This document shows, one piece after another, positions 18,767 to 28,294 of a stretch of 34,430 bases of DNA. Source of the stretch: an uncultured Ruminococcus sp. (GTDB lineage Bacteria > Bacillota > Clostridia > Oscillospirales > Ruminococcaceae); the NCBI GenBank assembly GCA_947176685.1, contig CAMWRL010000001.1, positions 1 to 34,430 on the forward strand, in the 5' to 3' direction. Each line of letters starts with the position of its first letter. Within the stretch, counting starts at the first letter, position 1. The translations under genes and the position numbers were made by a program. The notes under the pieces were generated by a model that worked only from the letters and a program-made list of their open reading frames with translations, had not been told where the DNA came from and made no database searches.

Positions 18767-19831
18767 TTATATAAGTTCTGTACGGTTTTTTTCTTTAAGA
18801 CGGGCGATAATTTTTTTAACGTCCTGAGTGCTGTTTTTTGAACATACAAGCAGAGCGTCGTCAGTGTCCACAATAATAATGTCCTCAACGCCTACAGCGG
18901 CAACAAGACGTTTTCCGCCGCAGACTGTAGTATGTTTACAGTTTTCGGTAATAACATCGCCCTCAGTGTAATTCTTGTTATCATCAGTTTTGTTTATTCT
19001 TTCGACTGCCAGCCAGTTTCCCACGTCGTCCCAGCCGAAACTTGCCGGAATAGTGTATATATTCTCAGCTTTTTCCATAATGCCGAAGTCTATCGATTCG
19101 GACGGAAATTTATTGTATTCTGTTTCAAGGATTTTTTCAAAGTCCGCAGTACCGAAAGCCTGACCGATTTTTTCCGCCCCTCTGTAAACTTCCGGCATAA
19201 ATTTCCTGAAACGTTCCTCTATTGCGGAGACCTGCCATACAAACATACCGCTGTTCCATAGGTATTTTCCGGACGATAAGTATTTTTCAGCGGTTTTCAG
19301 GTCGGGTTTTTCCACAAAACGCTCAACTTTGTAAGCGTTTCCGCACTGCTCGCCGAAATTTATATATCCGTAGCCTGTTTCCGGATAAGAGGGAGTTATG
19401 CCGATTGTAACAAGGTTATTGCCCTGCGTTGCCATGACAACAGCGTTGCAGAGGATTTGTGTATAGATATTTTCATATTTTATAAGGTGGTCAGACGGCA
19501 GAACCAACATAACAGCGTTGCCGTACTTCTTTTTTATGACAGCCGCCGCAAACGCTATACACGGAGCTGTATTCCGTCCGCAAGGCTCGGAAAGAACGTT
19601 TTCCGGCGGAATATCCGGAAGCTGTTCAATAACAAGGTGTCTGTAACAGGCATTTGTTACTATGAAGATGTCCTCTGTCTGCACCAGCGGACTTATACGG
19701 CTGACAGTTTTCTGAATCATTGTTTTGCCGTCGTCCGTGAGAGACAGGAACTGTTTCGGGTGAGATTCCCTGCTTTTAGGCCAGAAACGCTCACCCTTAC
19801 CGCCTGCCATAATGACTGCTGTAATTTTCAT
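18767..19831 (-). CDS. manC: Mannose-1-phosphate guanylyltransferase (no isomerase domain)
   Basis: MAGGKGERFWPKSR..PKQF, EPCGRNTAPC, PSDH, FVEKPD, WNSGMF, GWDDVG. Confidence 0.95.
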   Translation of the reverse strand: MKITAVIMAGGKGERFWPKSRESHPKQFLSLTDDGKTMIQKTVSRISPLVQTEDIFIVTNACYRHLVIEQLPDIPPENVLSEPCGRNTAPCIAFAAAVIKKKYGNAVMLVLPSDHLIKYENIYTQILCNAVVMATQGNNLVTIGITPSYPETGYGYINFGEQCGNAYKVERFVEKPDLKTAEKYLSSGKYLWNSGMFVWQVSAIEERFRKFMPEVYRGAEKIGQAFGTADFEKILETEYNKFPSESIDFGIMEKAENIYTIPASFGWDDVGNWLAVERINKTDDNKNYTEGDVITENCKHTTVCGGKRLVAAVGVEDIIIVDTDDALLVCSKNSTQDVKKIIARLKEKNRTELI

Positions 19832-19886
19832 TGATGTTTTCTCCTTTTTCTGTATCTGTAATTTATATTAATCCGTTTTACCGGAA

Positions 19887-21269
19887 TTATATATCGTTTT
19901 CCTTGTCGGGAATGTCCTGCTCCGCCGGAATAATCTGTTGTGTATCGGCGTTATTTTTCGGCGGAAAAAGCATTGTTTTTATTGTCATAAGAATTATCTG
20001 TAAGTCCAGACGGAAAGAGTAGTTTTCAATATACATCAAATCCATTTTGAGTTTGTCGTATGGTGAAGTGTCATAAACTCCGGTCACCTGTGCGTAACCT
20101 GTAAGACCTGCTTTCACTTTCAGTCTGAAACCAAATTCGGGCATCTGCTGTTTATAAATTTCTGTAAGTTCGGGACGTTCGGGGCGTGGACCTACTACTG
20201 ACATATCGCCTTTAAGGATATTGAAAAGCTGAGGAAATTCGTCTATGCGGAATTTCCTAAGAATTTTTCCGACAGGTGTTATGCGGTCGTCATTTTCGGA
20301 AGCAAGCTGAATACCGTTTTTTTCAGCGTCCGCAACCATACTCCGGAACTTGTATACATAAAATTCTCTGCCATCTATTGTAAGACGCTTCTGTTTATAG
20401 AGTACCTTGCCGCCGTCACAAATTTTCACGGCAAATGCCGAAACAATCATAAACGGTGACAGCAGTACAAGTGCAGTTACCGAAAATACTATATCAAACA
20501 GCCTTTTCAAGAACTGCTGTTCAGAAGTAAGCCCGTAGTTTCTGCAAAGAAGCAGAGGAGTGTCAAACAGCCGTATATCGTCGCCGCCTCTTATGATAAT
20601 ATCGGAAATTTTCGGTGCTATATACGCACGTATGGACTTTTCAAAACAGAATTTAAGGTATCTGTTGCGCTGTACCGCCGGAATGTCGCATATGATAACG
20701 CCCTCGTATTTTAAAATAAGTTCTTTCACCTTTTCGGGAGGTTCGGAAACGCTTATAGATTCGCAAATCATATACTTGTCCACACGCTGACTCATTTTCA
20801 GTACAAGTGACGCTGCCTGTCTGCTTCCGTAAAGTATTATGAGCTTTCGGGGAGGGTACAGCAGAAAATAAATTTTACCGCTGAGTACAGTCCATACAGA
20901 TATGACTCCGAAGTCCGTGAAAGTAAGGTAAAGCATAGGAAGAAATGCCATAAAGTCACGTCCGATAAGGCTTATCATAAAGTATGAAACGATATTCACA
21001 CATACCATTGATATTAACTGCGAATATAATATATCAGTTTTTTTGAGGTAGCCCAGTTTAAGACCTCCGTATGACTTGAAAAACAGTACAATCAATATAC
21101 AATATATACCTATCAGCGTCCAGTTGCCACGCCTGTAAAACGGCAATACAATAGTTTCGCTGTAATAGGCATACCATACTGCTCCGAAAAGCCCTGTAAG
21201 TATGCACAACAGGAATACCGCTGATATAAATGATATAAATCTTTTGTATCGGTCTTTTTTATTAGTCAT
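19887..21269 (-). CDS. Initiating polyprenyl-phosphate glycosylphosphotransferase (WcaJ/CpsE type)
   Basis: N-terminal TM bundle; C-terminal KRLFD, YKFRSM, DDRIT, RIDEFPQL, MSVVGPRPERP, GLTGYAQV. Confidence 0.93.
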   Translation of the reverse strand: MTNKKDRYKRFISFISAVFLLCILTGLFGAVWYAYYSETIVLPFYRRGNWTLIGIYCILIVLFFKSYGGLKLGYLKKTDILYSQLISMVCVNIVSYFMISLIGRDFMAFLPMLYLTFTDFGVISVWTVLSGKIYFLLYPPRKLIILYGSRQAASLVLKMSQRVDKYMICESISVSEPPEKVKELILKYEGVIICDIPAVQRNRYLKFCFEKSIRAYIAPKISDIIIRGGDDIRLFDTPLLLCRNYGLTSEQQFLKRLFDIVFSVTALVLLSPFMIVSAFAVKICDGGKVLYKQKRLTIDGREFYVYKFRSMVADAEKNGIQLASENDDRITPVGKILRKFRIDEFPQLFNILKGDMSVVGPRPERPELTEIYKQQMPEFGFRLKVKAGLTGYAQVTGVYDTSPYDKLKMDLMYIENYSFRLDLQIILMTIKTMLFPPKNNADTQQIIPAEQDIPDKENDI

Positions 21270-21322
21270 AATTGTGTACCGTTTCCGACAGCCGGAAATT
21301 CCTTATATTTTTACTATAGGTC

Positions 21323-21351
21323 ATTATAACAGATACAAAACAGCGTGTCAA
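21323..21351 (-). promoter_or_regulatory. Sigma-A promoter of the glycan cluster
   Basis: TTGACA (21351-21346), 17-bp spacer, TGt-TATAAT (21328-21323). Confidence 0.8.
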
Positions 21352-21450
21352 TAGAATCTGCCGTTTTTTACAATAATATCTGCATATTTACGGCAATATG
21401 CACAAAAATATCCCTTGTGCAGGCGTAAGCAGAATATTACAGTATGATTA

Positions 21451-21479
21451 TTGACATCTGTTGATTTTTTTATTATAAT
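21451..21479 (+). promoter_or_regulatory. Sigma-A promoter of the GNAT gene group
   Basis: Consensus TTGACA-17 bp-TATAAT. Confidence 0.8.
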
Positions 21480-21514
21480 AAAAAATAGATTTACTGAAAA
21501 AGGGAAGTGGTTGT

Positions 21515-22297
21515 ATGGAGTTTACAAACGGTGATATACTGGAAACTGCTATGAGACAGTCAGCAATTGACGCAGGCTGTGACAGGGCGGATTTTCTGAG
21601 TGATAATAATGTTGTGGTGATTTCGGAAAATAACTTTTGTGCAAGAAAATATCTTGAACTTCCTTTTGACTGTCACCTGATTTCATATGGAAACAATATA
21701 GTTGCTTCTGTTTCGGAAAAGTGCAGGGATATTGTTTCGGACTATATCGAACGTTTCAGACCGGAGCATTGTTTTGAAACGCCGAATATGCACGTACTCA
21801 ATGACGGACTTGAAAAAATCGGTTTCAGAGTATGCTTTATGTCAGAATATTTTCTGCCGGATTTGGACTGCCTGAAAGTTCCTGATTGTCCATATAAAAT
21901 AAAAGTGCTGAATCAGAAAGATTTTTCAGGACTTTACACTGATATATGGAGCAATGCCCTTTGTGAAAAACGCAGGGAGCTGGACGTTTTAGGCGTGGGA
22001 GCGTATGACGGCAGCAGACTTGTCGGACTGGCAGGGTGTTCCGCTGACTGCGAAAGTATGTGGCAGATTGGAATTGACGTACTTCCGGAATACCGTCGGC
22101 AAGGGATAGCATCTGCCCTTACGTCACGGCTTGCACTGGAAACTCTCGAAATCGGGAAAGTACCGTTTTACTGTGCGGCGTGGTCAAATATAAAGTCAGT
22201 CCGTAACGCCCTGAAAAGTGGTTTTCGTCCGGCGTGGGTCGAAATGACAGCTAAAAGTATTGACTTTGTAGAAAATCTTAATAAGGAGAATAATTAA
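21515..22297 (+). CDS. GNAT-family N-acetyltransferase
   Basis: C-terminal motif A QIGIDVLPEYRRQGIA and SNIKSVRNALKSGF. Confidence 0.88.
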   Translation: MEFTNGDILETAMRQSAIDAGCDRADFLSDNNVVVISENNFCARKYLELPFDCHLISYGNNIVASVSEKCRDIVSDYIERFRPEHCFETPNMHVLNDGLEKIGFRVCFMSEYFLPDLDCLKVPDCPYKIKVLNQKDFSGLYTDIWSNALCEKRRELDVLGVGAYDGSRLVGLAGCSADCESMWQIGIDVLPEYRRQGIASALTSRLALETLEIGKVPFYCAAWSNIKSVRNALKSGFRPAWVEMTAKSIDFVENLNKENN

Positions 22298-22603
22298 ATG
22301 TGGGGAGTATGCCTTGATATATCAGTACCGGAACTATTTCAGCGTGTGGTTGAGTATGATTTTGAAAAATCTGTTATTCTGCGACCTTTGTCAGACATAA
22401 AAGTATCATCAGATAAAATTAGATTTATAGAAAACGCTCCGAATTTTGTCTATGGTGAAATTGTATCACCTGTAAATCATACCAATATTACCGGAAAAAT
22501 ACACACAATAATATGGCACTTCAAGCGTGGGGAGTATTGTTATTACATTGAGGCTGACGGAAAGAAAAAATCAAAAAGATATTACAGGGGAGATTTAATA
22601 TAA
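22298..22603 (+). CDS. Hypothetical protein (small beta-barrel-like)
   Basis: SD AAGGAG; abuts the GNAT stop; C-terminal WHFK..Y.YYI...GKKKSKRY. Confidence 0.7.
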   Translation: MWGVCLDISVPELFQRVVEYDFEKSVILRPLSDIKVSSDKIRFIENAPNFVYGEIVSPVNHTNITGKIHTIIWHFKRGEYCYYIEADGKKKSKRYYRGDLI

Positions 22604-22651
22604 AGGATTTTTGATGTATAATCAGATAAGTCAGAATTTATGGAGGTAATT

Positions 22652-23335
22652 ATGAGAAAATTCTGGGGCTTTTACAAGAATGAATCATATAATGTCGGCT
22701 GTAGTGGAGGAACAGTTTACATATATGACAGCAACGGAACAGAATTAAAGAAGTTCAGGGATTTCCCCTATGCGTATAAAGCGGCTTTTATGCCGGACTC
22801 CAATATTATTGCAGTAAAGTCCACAGCAGGTTACATCGGTTTTTATGATTTGGAAAAACTGTCACTCATAAAAAAACATATCGTGACCAGAAGAGGTGCG
22901 CAGGATGAAGGATTTGTTTTTTCGTCAGACGGAAAATTCTTCTATAACATTGAGAAACCAATTCTCTCAACGCAGACCCAACTTGGAATATATGAAACAG
23001 CATCATTTAATAAAATCAATACTTTATTTGCAGATAACAAAAAAATGGTATTGCAACATCTGGAAATTGATAAAGAAACAGGAATTTGTTATGTTTTAGG
23101 TTTTATGCGTGATGGCATTGGAATCTTTGATTATGGATTTGCTGGAGTTTTCGACTATGAAAAGCAGATTATTGATAATATCCGTGTAATTGATAAAGGT
23201 TATGGATATCTGAAAGGCTATAAGGACTGGGAACTTAGTGGTTTTACTGATAAATCTCTTGAATGGAATTATTCGCTTAAAGACCTTGAGGAAATCAAGC
23301 CGATTACTATCAGAGAAGTTTTTGAAAGGGTTTGA
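22652..23335 (+). CDS. Hypothetical protein, partial beta-propeller-like
   Basis: ATG 22652 after GGAGGT; repeated strand motifs VYIYD, IGFYD, LGIYE and FSSDGKFFY. Confidence 0.7.
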   Translation: MRKFWGFYKNESYNVGCSGGTVYIYDSNGTELKKFRDFPYAYKAAFMPDSNIIAVKSTAGYIGFYDLEKLSLIKKHIVTRRGAQDEGFVFSSDGKFFYNIEKPILSTQTQLGIYETASFNKINTLFADNKKMVLQHLEIDKETGICYVLGFMRDGIGIFDYGFAGVFDYEKQIIDNIRVIDKGYGYLKGYKDWELSGFTDKSLEWNYSLKDLEEIKPITIREVFERV

Positions 23336-23338
23336 ATT

Positions 23339-23899
23339 ATGAGTATAAGATTAATGCAGGAAGCTTTTTCTTCATATTACGGAAAACTTGTATCAAAACC
23401 GCATTATTTTCAGAATGAAGATTACAGCAATATAGATGTAAATATAAGGGCTTGTTTCAGAAACGGCATTCTTCCTGTAAAGCGTGATTCTGAAACTGAT
23501 TTCAGTGTTTTCAGGGAAAAATACGGATACACCCTGCCGGAAGAAATTCAGGAATATATTAATCTTTACTGGCACGGCTACATATGCGGATTCATTGAAA
23601 AAATGCGGTTATACAGTGATGAGGCAGTTATTCTGTTTCCGGTTCTGAAATATCAGGGCGAAAATGACAATGATGTTTTGTACCATAGATTCGGACTGCT
23701 TGACCTTTCAGACAAATGGACAAAATACGGCGGAGACATTAATAAATTTATTCCTGTCGGCTGGACTGGATATTCCGGCGGTGACATTTTGTACAATACC
23801 CAGACTTTCAATATACATATCACTGATTTGGACGAGAATATTATTGAAGACCCCATAGCAGACAGTCTTTCGGATTTGATAAGATGTCTTGTACCCTGA
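23339..23899 (+). CDS. SUKH superfamily (SMI1/KNR4 / Syd-like) protein
   Basis: FREKYGYTLPEEIQEYINLYW, FIPVGW and a C-terminal PIADSLSDLI match the SUKH core pattern. Confidence 0.65.
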   Translation: MSIRLMQEAFSSYYGKLVSKPHYFQNEDYSNIDVNIRACFRNGILPVKRDSETDFSVFREKYGYTLPEEIQEYINLYWHGYICGFIEKMRLYSDEAVILFPVLKYQGENDNDVLYHRFGLLDLSDKWTKYGGDINKFIPVGWTGYSGGDILYNTQTFNIHITDLDENIIEDPIADSLSDLIRCLVP

Positions 23900-23933
23900 A
23901 TATGTTTAATATATAAATTTTTTTGCATTCCTC

Positions 23934-23962
23934 TTGACAAACCGTGGTTTATATGATATAAT
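23934..23962 (+). promoter_or_regulatory. Sigma-A promoter of tRNA-Thr
   Basis: TTGACA-17 bp-TGa-TATAAT, 9 bp before the tRNA. Confidence 0.85.
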
Positions 23963-23971
23963 ATTATATAT

Positions 23972-24047
23972 GCTTGTGTAGCACAGTTGGTAGTGCAGCT
24001 CATTCGTAATGAGCAGGTCGCAGGTTCGAGTCCCGTCACAAGCTCCA
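23972..24047 (+). tRNA. tRNA-Thr(CGT)
   Basis: Acceptor stem GCTTGTG/CACAAGC, D arm, anticodon arm GCTCA-TTCGTAA-TGAGC, T loop TTCGAGT, encoded CCA; 76 nt. Confidence 0.96.
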
Positions 24048-24056
24048 TATAATAAC

Positions 24057-24098
24057 AAAAAACAGACGTATTCTTTTTCGGGAATGCGTCTGTTTTTT
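24057..24098. terminator. Bidirectional terminator between the tRNA and the histidine kinase
   Basis: AAAAAACAGACGTATTC...GAATGCGTCTGTTTTTT inverted repeat with A/T tails. Confidence 0.85.
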
Positions 24099-24110
24099 GT
24101 GTATGAATTG

Positions 24111-25937
24111 TCAGAACTTTATTTCTGCGGTAAATCTGGATTCCGTACAGGACAGCGACAGCCTGAATCCATTTATCAGTGAAGCAGTTTCGGCTATGGA
24201 AAGTCCCAGACCGCTTCCGGACTGATTGCTTCTTGCGTCATCGCCCTTTGCAAATGGTTTTTTAAGCTTTTCCACATCAAGCTTCTGGTTTACGGTATTT
24301 GAAATCACAAGACTTTCCGGAGTTATTTTTATGTCTATAATGCTGTTTTCGGAAGTATATTTCACGGCATTGTCAATAAGGTTTTCAACCGCCGTTTCAA
24401 GCAAACGGCTGTCAGCGGCAACTTCCGTCTTACCGTCAATTTTGACTGTAATACTGCGTTCATCAAGCCTTACCGAATGCTTTTCAACAGCCTGTTCAAT
24501 AATTTTATGAATATCAGTTTTTTCCTTGTGCAGTTCATTCATCTGGTTTATTTTGCTGAGTTCAAGCGTACGGGTAATTATAGAATCGGTATACGCAACA
24601 CTGTCCATAATTGATTTGAGGTAGTTTGCTGTTTCGCTGTCGGAAAGCCTTCCGGAAAGGATATTTTCGGCATATCCTCCTATTGCCGTAAGCGGTGTTT
24701 TAAGGTCGTGGGCAAGGCTGTTTGTGAGATTTTTCTGATAATCCTCAAATCTGTAATCAGCCTGATTTCTGACATTTTTCTGCCAAGCGTCCAGAAAAGC
24801 TATTGCAAGCACTGCAAGCATAAAGCACATAACCAGTCTGAAATAAAGTATCTTTGTTACGCCGTTCCACGCATCTATATTATATATTATTGTAAGATAA
24901 TGTTTTTCGCCGTCAAGGAATACTTCGGTATTCTGGTAATAAGTTCTTGCTGTGCTGCTTGTTGCCTGCATACCGCCTGATAGACCTTGCGTTGCCAGAA
25001 CAGGAAATTTATCATTCATTTCATCAAAAGCATTTTTTTCAGTTCCGTAAAATCCCAGCATCATATAATGAGGAAAAGTGCCGTTTGATATTCTTTCACG
25101 GTTTATGCCCGACAAGTCAAATTCAACAAGTTCATAACCATTCTGTTCAACGTCAATATTATACTCTTTTGATACAATTATTTCATCTGGTTCTTCATTT
25201 CTGGAATATGCCCTGACAAGTTTAAGCTCTGCCTTATGCGGAATGAATGTATTGTTTTCCCTGTTTACATAGGCACTTTCCATTGACATTTCCACATTAA
25301 AATAAATTTTGGTTTCTCCGGCAATATATGGATTTTTTTCTCTTTCGGAAAGCATTTCCATATAGTCCTTTTCAAGCTGTCTGAGTTCCGGAATATCAGT
25401 GTTTTCGGTATCGCAGGTTAAATATGATTTTTCTTCCTCGCTGAACATCATAAAAGTATGTAAGGTCATACGGCTTGAACAGGTAATATTGCCGTTTTTG
25501 TCGGCAATTCTGATAAATCCCACATCGTTGCCGATTTCCTTAGAAACTATCTGATATTTTCCGTTGGAGTCAACGACTATATTGAAATATGACTGATATC
25601 TTGTTTTTGCGGCAAAAGCCTGCGGAGTGTATTCATTCTTATATCCCATTTTAGAAATACCTACCTGAAGTGTGAGTTGTTTATCATATAATTCCTGCTG
25701 TGCTTTGGAAAAAATATATTCTTTTCCAAAATTAAACAGTCCGCCTGCAAAAACCGCTGTAAAGGCAAGTGCAATAAGGACGTTTTTAGCTGACAGTCCG
25801 GCAAAAGTTTTTCTTTTTCTCCTATATGGTTTCTGCTTTTTGCTGCACTTTTTAAAAATCTTTCTCATAGTTTTCATATTGAAAAAAGGTATGATAAACT
25901 CTTTTTTCAGAATACTGTTATCCGGAATTTTTTTCAT
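24111..25937 (-). CDS. Membrane sensor histidine kinase
   Basis: Two TMs around a ~300-aa extracellular domain; H-box LAHDLKTPL, N-box NLIDNAVKY, G2 GSGLGLSI. Exact start uncertain. Confidence 0.92.
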   Translation of the reverse strand: MKKIPDNSILKKEFIIPFFNMKTMRKIFKKCSKKQKPYRRKRKTFAGLSAKNVLIALAFTAVFAGGLFNFGKEYIFSKAQQELYDKQLTLQVGISKMGYKNEYTPQAFAAKTRYQSYFNIVVDSNGKYQIVSKEIGNDVGFIRIADKNGNITCSSRMTLHTFMMFSEEEKSYLTCDTENTDIPELRQLEKDYMEMLSEREKNPYIAGETKIYFNVEMSMESAYVNRENNTFIPHKAELKLVRAYSRNEEPDEIIVSKEYNIDVEQNGYELVEFDLSGINRERISNGTFPHYMMLGFYGTEKNAFDEMNDKFPVLATQGLSGGMQATSSTARTYYQNTEVFLDGEKHYLTIIYNIDAWNGVTKILYFRLVMCFMLAVLAIAFLDAWQKNVRNQADYRFEDYQKNLTNSLAHDLKTPLTAIGGYAENILSGRLSDSETANYLKSIMDSVAYTDSIITRTLELSKINQMNELHKEKTDIHKIIEQAVEKHSVRLDERSITVKIDGKTEVAADSRLLETAVENLIDNAVKYTSENSIIDIKITPESLVISNTVNQKLDVEKLKKPFAKGDDARSNQSGSGLGLSIAETASLINGFRLSLSCTESRFTAEIKF

Positions 25938-25941
25938 AATA

Positions 25942-26619
25942 TCACCTCTCTGTAAGTCTGTAGCCTCTGCCGATAAGCGTCTTAATCTGTCCTCCGGCAG
26001 TACCTAAAGCTTTGCGCAGTTTTCTTATATGGTTGTCGACTGCTCTGTCGCTTCCGAAATAATCAATTCCCCACACTCTGTCCAGTAAAGTATTTCTGTC
26101 AATAACGCAGTTCTGGTGTTCCATAAGGTATTTCAGTATCTCAAACTCCTTGCGTGGCAGATAAACTTCCGTGTCGCTGACGCAGCATACAAGACGGCGT
26201 GTATCAAGCTTTATGTTTCCGCATTCAAGGACTGTCCCCATTGACCTGCCGCCTGAACGCTTTATTAATGCTTCGCATTTGGCGTACAGCACAGACAGCA
26301 GAAACGGTTTGATAATATAGTCGTCACAACCGATTTCATAGCCGTGAATAATATCATCTTCCCTTGCACGGGCGGTTATGAATATGACGGGTATATTGCT
26401 GTTTCTCCGGATGTTGCGGCATATCGTGAAACCGTCGGCTTGTGGCAGCATAATGTCAAGCAGGACAAGCGAATAATTTTCAAGTCCTGTACTGCCTGTT
26501 ACTTTCAGTGCCTCAGCACCGTTATGTACAGAGAATATCCCCGTACCCTTGTTACTGAAATACTTTTCAATAACTTCGCATATCTGTAAATCGTCCTCTA
26601 TCAGCAGTATTTTTTTCAT
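25942..26619 (-). CDS. OmpR/PhoB-family response regulator
   Basis: LLIEDD, LLDIMLP, FITAR, DDYIIKPF; winged helix VDNHIRKLRK..IGRGY. Confidence 0.95.
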   Translation of the reverse strand: MKKILLIEDDLQICEVIEKYFSNKGTGIFSVHNGAEALKVTGSTGLENYSLVLLDIMLPQADGFTICRNIRRNSNIPVIFITARAREDDIIHGYEIGCDDYIIKPFLLSVLYAKCEALIKRSGGRSMGTVLECGNIKLDTRRLVCCVSDTEVYLPRKEFEILKYLMEHQNCVIDRNTLLDRVWGIDYFGSDRAVDNHIRKLRKALGTAGGQIKTLIGRGYRLTER

Positions 26620-26649
26620 AATAAAGAAGCTCCTTTTATTTATGACTTT

Positions 26650-26686
26650 ATTATAACATACGGATATGTCTTTTTTATATCTTTTT
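26650..26686 (-). promoter_or_regulatory. Response regulator promoter with a tandem 11-bp repeat in place of the -35
   Basis: TGt-TATAAT (26655-26650); AAAAAGATATA AAAAAGACATA (26686-26665). Confidence 0.5.
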
Positions 26687-26830
26687 GAAAATTATCGCAT
26701 ATGCACAAAAAATATACTCCGGATTTGTGCATACGTACAGATTTCCGGAAAATTTCGTCTTTTCTGTCCGTAAAAATCACTTTTATACGAACATCTGAAA
26801 AGAAATCTGAAAAATTTTGGAGGTAAAATT

Positions 26831-28294
26831 ATGAAAAGAAACATTATAATTGCGTGCATATCCGCACTGACGCTTACGGCTGTATCGTGCAGTGAGATGA
26901 AACAGACCAACATTCAGCAAAAGAATGAGGCTTCCGGAAACGCTGCGCCGGAGATTTCCGCAACGGACGACAACAGGGAAGATATAATTATCACGCTGGC
27001 TACAAATTCGGAAATGCGTTCCAGATTAAAGAACGAAATAGACAGCTTTAATTCTGCTGACAACGGCTATCAGATTGTTACTAAAATCGTTGATATGGAT
27101 TTTTACAACAAGGAATTTGACACTACTGTTATGAATGAGGAAGACGGTCTGGCAGTTGATTTCAATATGGTGCAGGACGTTATGAATACTGACAGTGTTG
27201 ATATTATATCGTCTTATGCATTCGCCAACCAGTCAAAATACGAAATCCTGAAAAATATGGGAGCTTTTGCGGACTTGTACCCTTTTATGGAGAACGACCC
27301 CGATGTGAATAAATCTACCCTCAATCAGCATATACTCAGTCTTAATGAAACGAACGGCGAACTCCGTGCTTTGCCGGTGTTTTATTATGCCAGCACTCTT
27401 GTAGGCGAATCAAGATACGTTGGCGACAAGGAAAACTGGACTGTTGATGAATTTATTTCCCACTGGGAACAGATGCCGGACGGGGCAACTGTCAACGGTT
27501 CAAGCAACAGCGAAAATATATATTATGATATTCTCAGGTCAAATCTTGAAACGTTTGTTGATTATGAAAATGTCATAGTTGATTTTGACTGTCCTGAGTT
27601 CAGAAAAATACTTGAGTTCTGCAACAGATTTGAAAGCAATCACGGACAAAAAGGTGAGTGGAATTATGAATCGCCGAGAATGGTTGTACGTTCTGAAATA
27701 CGTGGTTTCACTGCCGCTAAATTATTCGGCGAACACGGCGACGAAATATTAGGATATACTGAACCGCCGTATACAATGGTGGGGTATCCTTCAGCGGACG
27801 GACAGGGAGCGTTTTTCAAAAGTGATGCTTTATATTCAATCAGTGCTAACTCTTCTTCCGAAAAACAGAAAGGTGCATGGGAGTTTATACGGCAGTTTTA
27901 CACGGAAGAATACCAGCAGGAACACGTAATGGAAAAATATGTACAGAATATTGACGGCGAAGAAATTGTATCTTATGGGGCAATAGGTGATTTGTGCATA
28001 AACAAAAATGCCTTTGATACAATAGCCCAGAGAACTATAAACGGTGAATATGATGACGGAAAAAGAACGGATAAAGGCGTTGAATACACTGTATCTATGC
28101 CGACCCGTGAAGAAGTTGACAAGCTTGTGGCATATCTGGACAACATTGACAGATGGGAAACAACTCTTGACCGTCAGCTCTGGAACATTATTGAAGACGA
28201 AGTTATGGCGTATTTTGCGGGTGAAAAGTCCCTTGACGATACTGTAAATTTAATACAGGAGCGTGCGTCCATATGGATAAGCGAACGCTGTTGA
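26831..28294 (+). CDS. Extracellular solute-binding lipoprotein (carbohydrate SBP family 1-like)
   Basis: Lipobox LTAVSC; FADLYPFM, GELRALP, WTVDEF, GAWEFIR, AYFAGEKSLDDTV..IQ. No ABC permease genes nearby. Confidence 0.85.
   Translation: MKRNIIIACISALTLTAVSCSEMKQTNIQQKNEASGNAAPEISATDDNREDIIITLATNSEMRSRLKNEIDSFNSADNGYQIVTKIVDMDFYNKEFDTTVMNEEDGLAVDFNMVQDVMNTDSVDIISSYAFANQSKYEILKNMGAFADLYPFMENDPDVNKSTLNQHILSLNETNGELRALPVFYYASTLVGESRYVGDKENWTVDEFISHWEQMPDGATVNGSSNSENIYYDILRSNLETFVDYENVIVDFDCPEFRKILEFCNRFESNHGQKGEWNYESPRMVVRSEIRGFTAAKLFGEHGDEILGYTEPPYTMVGYPSADGQGAFFKSDALYSISANSSSEKQKGAWEFIRQFYTEEYQQEHVMEKYVQNIDGEEIVSYGAIGDLCINKNAFDTIAQRTINGEYDDGKRTDKGVEYTVSMPTREEVDKLVAYLDNIDRWETTLDRQLWNIIEDEVMAYFAGEKSLDDTVNLIQERASIWISERC

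Noticed and set aside
23972-24047. tRNA-Thr placed here to serve the nearby Thr-rich proteins
   Set aside because: It reads ACG, whereas the linkers mostly use ACA and ACT.
23653-24048. 131-aa minus-strand ORF beginning MELVTGLEPATC
   Set aside because: Typical antisense translation of a tRNA, continuing opposite a real gene.
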